Shown here: one piece after another, positions 57,701 to 64,000 of the stretch
How positions within the stretch are numbered: position 1 is the stretch's first letter
Layout of the letters: each line of letters begins with the position of its first letter
Program-made: the position numbers and the translations under genes
The notes under the pieces: generated by a model
What the model was told of the DNA's origin: nothing
The model's input: only the letters and a program-made list of their open reading frames with translations
Database searches by the model: none
Source of the DNA: an uncultured delta proteobacterium
Lineage (GTDB): Bacteria > Myxococcota_A > Polyangia > Fen-1088
DNA length: 64,000 nt
Assembly (NCBI GenBank): GCA_963796685.1
Contig: CAWCMR010000013.1
Coordinates: forward strand, 512,001 to 576,000
Direction of reading: 5' to 3'

Positions 57701-58751
57701 GGGTATTGCCATCGTCGCAGCTTTCGCCAGGCCCCAAGATACCGTCGCCGCAGACGCCCGCCGACGGCTTGGTGCATGGACCGCCTGTGTTATTCGTGCC
57801 CCTGGGACATGTCCAGCCGGACTCGACCGTCGCACAGGTCGCCGAACAGCCATCCCCGCCCACGGTGTTGCCATCGTCGCACGCCTCGCCGGGATCGATG
57901 ATGCCATTGCCGCAAACCCAAAGGTGGATACATGCCGCGCCGGCCGTCGGACAGGCATAACCAGCCTCCAGCGTGCAGATGCCCGAGCAGCCATCGCCGG
58001 GAATGGCGTTTCCGTCGTCGCATTGCTCGCCATGGCCAGTCTGGACCACCCCGTCGCCACAGTACTCCACCGATGTGCACGGCTGACCGGGCTGCGGACA
58101 AGCCCAGTGCGGCTCGACCTTGCAGGTGGCGCTGCATCCGTCGCCGCTGGTGGTGTTTCCGTCGTCGCACTGCTCTCCGGCCTCGACCATACCGTTCCCG
58201 CAAACGCTGGGAGCCACGATGGGGGTGCAGGGCAGGCCCGGGGTGGTGCAGGCCCAACCCACCTCGACCGAGCAAATCGACGAGCAGCCATCGCCACCCA
58301 GGGAGTTGCCGTCGTCGCACGCCTCGCCGCCCTCGATCTTTCCATCGCCGCAGACCTGCGTCACGGTGTTGATGCACGGTCTGCCGGGGGTCGGGCACGC
58401 GTGACCAGGCTCCAGGGTACAAACGCCCGAGCAACCGTCACCCGGAACGAGATTGCCGTCATCGCACTGCTCGCCGGTCTGCAAAATGCCATCACCGCAA
58501 ATCGCCAGCTCGGGTGCGTCGGTGCAGTTGTCGCACCCATCCTGGCCGGGCGATGGCCCGCCGTCATGACTTCCACCTGGAAAGACGATGATGACGCCGT
58601 CCACTGCCGTCGGAGAACCGTCGTGGGCCGCTTGCCCGCCGCCTCCGACCGAACCCGTCCCGCCACAACCGGCTCCCAGGGAAAGCACCCCCCCATACAC
58701 GACCATAGCGGCCCTGGAGGCCAGTAAACGATACGATAAGTGATGTCTCAT
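54720..58751 (-). CDS. Large Cys-rich surface lipoprotein (myxococcal CGDG..E.CDDG repeats) with central fibro-slime/PA14-like domain
   Basis: About 20 CG[DN]G...E.CD repeats; YRDF...HPQFE, FFPLD, HNYNFTSE, F.GDDDVWVFVNG.LAVDLGGIH, FQAERH. Confidence 0.9.
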   Translation of the reverse strand: MRHHLSYRLLASRAAMVVYGGVLSLGAGCGGTGSVGGGGQAAHDGSPTAVDGVIIVFPGGSHDGGPSPGQDGCDNCTDAPELAICGDGILQTGEQCDDGNLVPGDGCSGVCTLEPGHACPTPGRPCINTVTQVCGDGKIEGGEACDDGNSLGGDGCSSICSVEVGWACTTPGLPCTPIVAPSVCGNGMVEAGEQCDDGNTTSGDGCSATCKVEPHWACPQPGQPCTSVEYCGDGVVQTGHGEQCDDGNAIPGDGCSGICTLEAGYACPTAGAACIHLWVCGNGIIDPGEACDDGNTVGGDGCSATCATVESGWTCPRGTNNTGGPCTKPSAGVCGDGILGPGESCDDGNTLSNDGCSSTCLTEPGWDCPTQGKPCTLVEFCGDGVVNLTTGEQCDDGNTKGGDGCSPQCTIEPDYACPVANQPCVSTVRCGDGKISGTEQCDDGNSVAGDGCGATCQLEPGWTCPVVAAACTAKACGDGILAGTEQCDDGNTASNDGCSSTCQIELGYACGPDTWHPAALSTACYQTVCGDGHKEGTEQCDDGNVRPFDGCSPTCTNEPKCGYPNNDTAQPYQCFSVCGDGIKMPGEQCDDGNLQNGDGCSSTCTIEPGYTCTASAPALGTTLTVPILYRDFNWHHPQFEVSPVYDQRQVGIAESAIGVDGKPAFNAAYIGNNAGTSLGRPWTMDGPAMSTSTSDTLMSDATGATFRTKPSSNTASLSAAQVASNYAQWYTDDPNATGNPSVDAANPAVTRVTIQSTLTLNQIGTGTYQYYSSAFFPLDGLGFGNINYPATNPTLVHNYNFTSEAHYWFQYGGGEQLEFRGDDDVWVFVNGQLAVDLGGIHNELRGIVTLNGTSTQACADDTPPACAGQSVCDTPAPANCTTFVGGFGMVPGNIYEIVVFQAERHVIASNYKLTLSGFNAPKSVCHSVCGDGIVTRGEACDLGAANNTGAYGTCNPDCTLPPRCGDKVVQNPPEQCDDGVNLATYGGTSTQCGPSCRWAPYCGDAVVSNGEECDEGALNGAGYGHCTAACTLGERCGDGVINGAEQCDDGAKNGTSGSKCTSTCTFKCGNGLLDPGEDCDNGVALNTGGYGMCTPQCTSGPYCGDGVKNGPEQCDDGKNDGTYGTCAPGCVWAPYCGDGVVNGTEACDLGAMNSATAYGRSLCTNQCEPAPYCGDKEVQGQFGEVCDDGVNSGLPGSCSPDCKGFVPLPSCGNNVVDPPEQCDDGASNGTPASACDVNCRFKCGNGVKDPGEQCDNGVNNGSYGTCSPDCTLPGYCGDGIKNGPEQCDFGAANVTLATAYGPGICTSFCTWAPYCGDGRIQSQYGEECDSGGNCSATCKIIIP

Positions 58752-58862
58752 GTTCTGAATATTAGTACCGCCGACCACTCAAAAGTTGAACACAAATGAG
58801 ATTTCTTGCCGACCATGGTTGAAGGTGCGGGTACCGCCTTGGCGTTGTAGGTTTGGGGCCCG

Positions 58863-59340
58863 ATGTCTTTCCAAGACCTCTGTGCGACCCGCGATCATCC
58901 GGACCCGATCTACGCCACCCAGGCGTGTCTCAATCGGGTCCACGCCAGGGAGCACCCGATGTGCGTCGTGTGCACCTCGCAAAACCCGAGGAGCCTACGG
59001 CTGAAGTTCAAGGTCCAGCCCGACGGCTCGGTGACCTCCGTGTTCGATTGCCTGCCCGTGCTGCAAAGCTATCCGCAAGTGCTGCACGGCGGGGTCATCT
59101 CGGCGATTCTGGACTCGGCGATGGTGAACGTGTTGTTTGCCGCCGACATCGTGGCCGTCACCGCCACGATGGAGCTGCGCTACCTGGCGCCCACCGCGAC
59201 CGGCCGCTTCGCCATGGCCCGAGCGTGGACCGAGAAGCTCCGCCGCGCATCCGCTGTACCTGCAGCGGGCAGAGCTGATCCAGGACGGAAGAACCATGGT
59301 CGAAGCCAGGGCCAAGTTCCTGGTTCGCGGCGCCTACTGA
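58863..59340 (+). CDS. PaaI-family (hotdog) thioesterase; +1 frameshift near 59235
   Basis: CVVC...NP.SL.L.F, LHGGVISAILDSAM, VTATMELRY..P. Continues HPLYLQRAELIQDGRTMVEARAKF in the shifted frame. Confidence 0.8.
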
Positions 59341-59960
59341 AGCTTGGCGGCGGCCCTGCGCGCGTTCTCGATGAACGCGACCAGCTTGCTCACGTTTTTG
59401 ATGCCGGGCTTGGATTCGACGCCGCTGGCCACGTCCACGCCGTCCGGGCGCACGGTCTCGATGGCCGTGGCCACCTCCATCGGTCCCAACCCACCCGCGA
59501 GCAGGAACGGTCGGCGCGCCCCCGCGGCCACGATCTGCCAGGGCGGGCGCTTGCCCGACCCGCCGTAGCCTTCCGCAAAGGCATCGTAAAGAAAATAGCG
59601 CGGGTTCCAGCCCGTCGCCGCCGACAGCGAGGATTCGTCGAACACGCGGATGGCGCGGATGATTTTGTTGCCCGCCAGGCTCGACCAGACTTGCGCCTTC
59701 TCGTCGCCGTGAAACTGCACCAGGTCCAGCCCGAGATCGCTCAGGCTCTCATCGACCAAGAGCGGGTGCGGGTTGACGAAGACGCCGATCTTGAGCACGC
59801 CAGGGCTCACGGCGGCCAGGATCTCGCGCGCTTGCCCGTCCTCGACGTAGCGCTTGGACCCGCGCCAAAGGTTGATGCCGATGGCGCCCGCGCCTTCGCG
59901 GCAGGCAATCTCGGCGTCCTCGGGCCGGGTGATGCCGCAGATCTTGATGAGGAAGCCCAT
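59334..59960 (-). CDS. trpF: Phosphoribosylanthranilate isomerase
   Basis: IKICGIT, SKRYV, GVFVN, VQFHGDE, GGSG, LAGGL, VDVASGVE..PG.K. Confidence 0.95.
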   Translation of the reverse strand: MGFLIKICGITRPEDAEIACREGAGAIGINLWRGSKRYVEDGQAREILAAVSPGVLKIGVFVNPHPLLVDESLSDLGLDLVQFHGDEKAQVWSSLAGNKIIRAIRVFDESSLSAATGWNPRYFLYDAFAEGYGGSGKRPPWQIVAAGARRPFLLAGGLGPMEVATAIETVRPDGVDVASGVESKPGIKNVSKLVAFIENARRAAAKLQ

Positions 59961-60736
59961 CAGGCGCCCACAAGCTCGCGCAAGGCCGCGCCGGCATCGG
60001 GTGCCGCCATCAGGGTCTCCCCGACCAGGACGGCGTCGATGCCGGCCGCGCGCAGTCTGCGCACGTCGGCCGCGTTGCGAATGCCCGATTCGGCGACCAC
60101 CAGGCGGTCGGCGGGAATGCGCGGGCGCATGTCCACCGCCAGATCCATATTCAGCTCGAAGGTGCGCAGGTCGCGGTGGTTGACCCCGACGATGCGCGCC
60201 CCCGCGGCCACCGCGCGCTCGACCTCGCCCTGGTCGTGGGTCTCGACCAAGGCTTCCATGCCGAAGTGGTGGACCTCGGCCAGCAGCTCGCGCAGGTCCT
60301 GGTCGCGCAGGGCCGCCACGATGAGCAACACCGCGTCCGCGCCCGCGGCACGCGCCTCGGCCACCTGGTACGGGTCGATGATGAAGTCCTTGCGCAGAAG
60401 GGGCAGCTGGCTGACCGCGCGCGCCTGCCGCAGGTCCGCGAGGCTGCCCCCGAAGAACGGGGTGTCGGTCAGCACGGACGCGGCCGCGGCACCGGCGGCT
60501 TCGTAGACCGGCAGCACCACGGAGACCTCGGCGTCGCGCTGGATGAAGCCCTTCGACGGCGAGCGGCGCTTGAATTCGGCGATGCAGGCCATGCCCTTGG
60601 CAGAGCGAAGCGCCTTCCCGAGGCTGCGCGGCGCGGGGCTGGCGACGGCCTGCTTTTCCAGATCGGCCAAAGGCAGGCGAAAACGGCAATAGCCGACCGT
60701 ACGCTTGGTTTCGTCCAGGATCTCGTCGAGAATCAT
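59960..60736 (-). CDS. trpC: Indole-3-glycerol phosphate synthase
   Basis: IAEFKRRSPSKG, SVLTD..FF.G, LRKDFIID.YQ, GVN.RDL.TF, VAESGI, LVGE.LM. Confidence 0.96.
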   Translation of the reverse strand: MILDEILDETKRTVGYCRFRLPLADLEKQAVASPAPRSLGKALRSAKGMACIAEFKRRSPSKGFIQRDAEVSVVLPVYEAAGAAAASVLTDTPFFGGSLADLRQARAVSQLPLLRKDFIIDPYQVAEARAAGADAVLLIVAALRDQDLRELLAEVHHFGMEALVETHDQGEVERAVAAGARIVGVNHRDLRTFELNMDLAVDMRPRIPADRLVVAESGIRNAADVRRLRAAGIDAVLVGETLMAAPDAGAALRELVGA

Positions 60737-61779
60737 GGCTTGCCCGGCAAGGGGGTGAGCACGCGCAGCCGTTCGAGCACTGCCATGGCCTTGCCGCCGT
60801 CGAGCGCCGCGGCGGCCTGGGCGGCTCCTTCGCGCAGGTTGGCAGCCCCGCCCGTCACCACCAAGCCGGCCGCCGCGGTCATCAATGCGGCAACTCGGCT
60901 GGCCCCACCCTTGCCCTGCAAGGCGGCCAGGAGCATGTCCGCGTTTTGGGCCGGCTCGCCGCCCTTGAGCCCCTCGACGCTCACCTCGACGAGACCGAAA
61001 TCCGCCGGCCTGACCTCGTAGGCGCGCACCTTGCCCTCGTCGAGCTCGGCCACCAAGGTCGGCCCTTTGGGCGAAAATTCGTCCAGGCCACCGCTGCCAT
61101 GAACCACCATGGCCCGTCGCGAGCCGAGTTGTCCGTGGGCGCGCGCCAAGAACTCGCAGCGCTCGGGCGCGAACACGCCGTTGACGTGGTAGCGCGTGGA
61201 GGCCGGATTGGTCATGGGGCCAAGCAGGTTGAAGATGGTGCGAAAGCCGACCTCGCGCCGCGGACCCGCCACGTTCTTGGTGGCCGCGTGGTACACGGGC
61301 GCGAACATGAACCCGACGCCGACCTCGACCAGGCAGCGCCGCACCAGATCCGGTCCGGGCGCGGGGTCGACGCCGAGAGCCTCGAGCACGTCGTGCGAGC
61401 CCGAACGCGAGGACAGCGCCCGGTTGCCGTGCTTGGCGACCTTCACCCCGCAGGCGGCGAGGATCAGGGCCGCCAGGGTCGAGACGTTCACCGAGCCCGA
61501 GCCGTCGCCGCCGGTGCCGCAGTTGTCGAGCAGCACCGGGATGTCGGTTTGCACGCGCACCATGCGCTGGCGCATGGCCTGGGCCGCGCCGACCACCTCG
61601 TCGACCGTCTCGCCCTTCATGCGCAGAGCCGCGAGCAAGGCGCCCACCTGCGCGGGCGTGGCCGCGCCGTCCATGATCTGCCCGACCACGCCCGTCACGT
61701 CGCTGGCCGAGAGGCCCTTGCCAGCGACCAACGTGGCCAAGGCATCGCGAACCGAGAGCCCCCCCTCGCCGCTCATCAC
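60733..61779 (-). CDS. trpD: Anthranilate phosphoribosyltransferase
   Basis: [42 protein letters not shown]. Confidence 0.96.
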   Translation of the reverse strand: MMSGEGGLSVRDALATLVAGKGLSASDVTGVVGQIMDGAATPAQVGALLAALRMKGETVDEVVGAAQAMRQRMVRVQTDIPVLLDNCGTGGDGSGSVNVSTLAALILAACGVKVAKHGNRALSSRSGSHDVLEALGVDPAPGPDLVRRCLVEVGVGFMFAPVYHAATKNVAGPRREVGFRTIFNLLGPMTNPASTRYHVNGVFAPERCEFLARAHGQLGSRRAMVVHGSGGLDEFSPKGPTLVAELDEGKVRAYEVRPADFGLVEVSVEGLKGGEPAQNADMLLAALQGKGGASRVAALMTAAAGLVVTGGAANLREGAAQAAAALDGGKAMAVLERLRVLTPLPGKP

Positions 61780-62348
61780 CGGACCTTCATGGCAATGAAG
61801 TTACGCAGGATGTCCTTGCCCACCGTGGTGAGAAAGGATTCGGGGTGGAACTGCACGCCTTCGACCGGCAGGGTCTTGTGGCGCACACCCATGATTTCCT
61901 CGTCCCAGGTCTTGGCCGTGATCTCGAGGCAGTCGGGCATGCTCTTCCGTTCGATCACCAGCGAGTGGTAGCGCGTGGCCTCGAACGGGTTGGGCAGCCC
62001 GGTGAAGAGGCCATGCTCGTCGTGGAACACGCGCGAGGTCTTGCCGTGTACGACCTGCGCTGCGCGAACGACCTTGCCGCCGAAGGCCTGACCGATGGCC
62101 TGGTGGCCCAGGCACACGCCCAGGATGGGCATCTTGCCCGCCAACTTGGCCAGCACCTCGAGCGAGATTCCGGCTTCGTTTGGCGTACACGGTCCAGGTG
62201 AAATGACGATACGTTCCGGTGACATGCGAGCAACTTCGTCAACCGTTACTTCATCGTTGCGAACGACCTTCACCTGCTGCCCGAGCTCGCCCAGATACTG
62301 GACCAGGTTGTAGGTGAAGGAATCGTAGTTGTCGATGACCAGCAGCAT
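61776..62348 (-). CDS. trpG: Anthranilate synthase component II (glutamine amidotransferase)
   Basis: [36 protein letters not shown]. Confidence 0.95.
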   Translation of the reverse strand: MLLVIDNYDSFTYNLVQYLGELGQQVKVVRNDEVTVDEVARMSPERIVISPGPCTPNEAGISLEVLAKLAGKMPILGVCLGHQAIGQAFGGKVVRAAQVVHGKTSRVFHDEHGLFTGLPNPFEATRYHSLVIERKSMPDCLEITAKTWDEEIMGVRHKTLPVEGVQFHPESFLTTVGKDILRNFIAMKVR

Positions 62349-62350
62349 GG

Positions 62351-63871
62351 CTACTTCTCCCCGCGTGTGGCCGACTGACGGACCAGCTCGACGGCCCTGA
62401 CCACGGCGCGGGCCTTGTTCACGCATTCCTGGTGCTCGGTCTCGGGCTGACTGTCGGCCACGATGCCGGCGCCGGCCTGGACGTGGATGGTGTCGCCCGC
62501 CGTGACCAAGGTACGAATGGCGATGGCCAGATCCATGTTGCCGGTATACGACAGGTACCCGACCGCCCCGCCGTAGACCCCGCGCCGCGCGGGCTCCAGC
62601 TCTTCGATGATCTCCAGGGCGCGAATCTTGGGCGCGCCCGAGAGCGTGCCGGCCGGGAACGCGGCCTTGACCACGTCCTTGGCCGAAAGGCCCTCGGCCA
62701 GGGTGCCGCTGACGTTGGACACCAGGTGCATGACGTGCGAGTAGCGTTCGACCACCATGGTCTCGTCCAGGCGGACCGAGCCCGGCTCGGACACCCGGCC
62801 CACGTCGTTGCGGCCCAGGTCGATGAGCATCACGTGCTCGGCCCGCTCCTTGGGATCGGCCAGCAGCTCGTGGCCGAGCGCCGCATCTTCCGCAGGCGTG
62901 GCACCTCGCGGTCTGGTCCCCGCCAGGGGCCGGACCTCGACCTTGCGCCCATCCAGGCGAACCAGCACCTCGGGCGAGGCGCCGGTCACCACCGCCTCGG
63001 GGAATTCCAGGTGGAACATGTACGGCGAGGGGTTGGTCACGCGCAGCACGCGGTAGACGTCGAAGGGATCGACCTTGTCGCGGGGAACGTCGAAGCGCTG
63101 CGAATACACCACCTGAAAGGCATCCCCGGCCCGGATGTATTCCTTGATCTTGTCCACCCCGGCCAGGTAGTCGGCCTTGGAGGTGCGCGAGGTCGGCGAC
63201 AGGACGGTTTCGGTCCCGAGGTTGAGGTCGAGTGGCGCCAGGGCCTTGGCCGGCGCGGTCAGGCGGTCGCAGAGCTCGTCCACCTTGGCGCAGGCCTCGT
63301 CGTAGGCCTTGCCCGGATCCTTCCCCGCCACGTCGACCGAGGCCACGACCTTGAGCGTGCCGCGCAGGTTGTCGAACACCACGACGGTGTCGGTCAGGGC
63401 GAAGCACATGTCCGGCAGGCCAAGCTCGTCGGGCGCGCGCTCGGGCAGGCGCTCGAAGTGGCGAACCATGTCGTAGCCCAGGAAGCCCACTGCGCCGCCG
63501 AAGAAGCGCGGCAGGCCGGGCGGCACCGCGGCCGGCAGCGCGGCCAGCGCGCTGGCCACGTAGTCGAGCGGGTTGTCGGCGGTCAGGCATTCGTCCACGC
63601 GAAAGCCCGCGCCGTCGGGCTTCAGCACCTCGACCCGCTTGCCCTTGGCGCGAATCACCGCCCGCGGACGCACGCCGGCGAAGCTGTAGGCAGCCCATTT
63701 TTCGCCGCCGACCACGCTTTCGAGGAGAAACGAATACGGGCCACGGCCCAGCTTGGCGAACACGGACACGGGCGTATCGGCGTCGGCCAACCACTCGCGG
63801 TACACGAAGCAAAGGCGGCCTCGGCGGGCGAGGTCCAAGAACTTGGCTCGGTCGGGAATGAAATTGGCCAT
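62351..63871 (-). CDS. trpE: Anthranilate synthase component I
   Basis: [65 protein letters not shown]. Confidence 0.96.
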   Translation of the reverse strand: MANFIPDRAKFLDLARRGRLCFVYREWLADADTPVSVFAKLGRGPYSFLLESVVGGEKWAAYSFAGVRPRAVIRAKGKRVEVLKPDGAGFRVDECLTADNPLDYVASALAALPAAVPPGLPRFFGGAVGFLGYDMVRHFERLPERAPDELGLPDMCFALTDTVVVFDNLRGTLKVVASVDVAGKDPGKAYDEACAKVDELCDRLTAPAKALAPLDLNLGTETVLSPTSRTSKADYLAGVDKIKEYIRAGDAFQVVYSQRFDVPRDKVDPFDVYRVLRVTNPSPYMFHLEFPEAVVTGASPEVLVRLDGRKVEVRPLAGTRPRGATPAEDAALGHELLADPKERAEHVMLIDLGRNDVGRVSEPGSVRLDETMVVERYSHVMHLVSNVSGTLAEGLSAKDVVKAAFPAGTLSGAPKIRALEIIEELEPARRGVYGGAVGYLSYTGNMDLAIAIRTLVTAGDTIHVQAGAGIVADSQPETEHQECVNKARAVVRAVELVRQSATRGEK

Positions 63872-64000
63872 GATGACGTCGTGCAGACTAGCGCGCCTCG
63901 CCCTGGCTAGCCAGGGGGTCGATGTCGGTCATCGGGTCGATGGTAGAGTCGACGGCCGGCGGGTCCAAGGTCGCACATGCACCATTGCGTCGACGGCGCC

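Noticed and set aside
54687-58727. 1346-aa + strand ORF, and other long antisense ORFs such as 9679..12063, 12147..14309, 38248..39864 and 43340..44833
   Set aside because: They are antisense shadows of well-supported genes in high-GC DNA and have no recognisable motifs.
2606-59340. Treating the seven frameshifted genes as pseudogenes or programmed frameshifts
   Set aside because: There is no other decay, no canonical slippery heptamers, and a shared motif context, all of which point to sequencing error.
63872-64000. trp attenuator or leader peptide
   Set aside because: No Trp-codon leader or terminator is visible in the 129 bp available.

Overview
GC-rich bacterial chromosome segment, most consistent with Myxococcota, probably Polyangia. 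The evidence is an FHA-sigma54 activator, a Hanks kinase plus TPR-PEGA module, myxococcal Cys-rich repeats and an AgmX-like domain. Core genes include hrpB, an IHF/HU subunit, thyX, accA, rplC-rlmE-mutL-miaA and trpEGDCF. Accessory genes include two hybrid histidine kinases, a five-CxxCH lipoprotein and a carbohydrate-active block at 22-38 kb. That block holds two GH6 enzymes, a clan GH-A hydrolase and two CBM-like proteins behind an FHA-bEBP/Ser-Thr kinase/TPR-PEGA module, with a near-consensus sigma54 promoter. There are two short elements with tandem-unit inverted ends. One (9485-9761) encloses a decayed, partly inverted GxxExxY gene. The other (43358-43458) is an empty 101-bp element between rlmE and mutL. 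Seven genes each carry a single +1 frameshift at or next to AGCT or a (restored) AGATCC. This looks like methylation-linked long-read error rather than pseudogenisation. No rRNA, tRNA, CRISPR array or transposase was recognised. All family calls come from reading motifs by eye; no searches were run.
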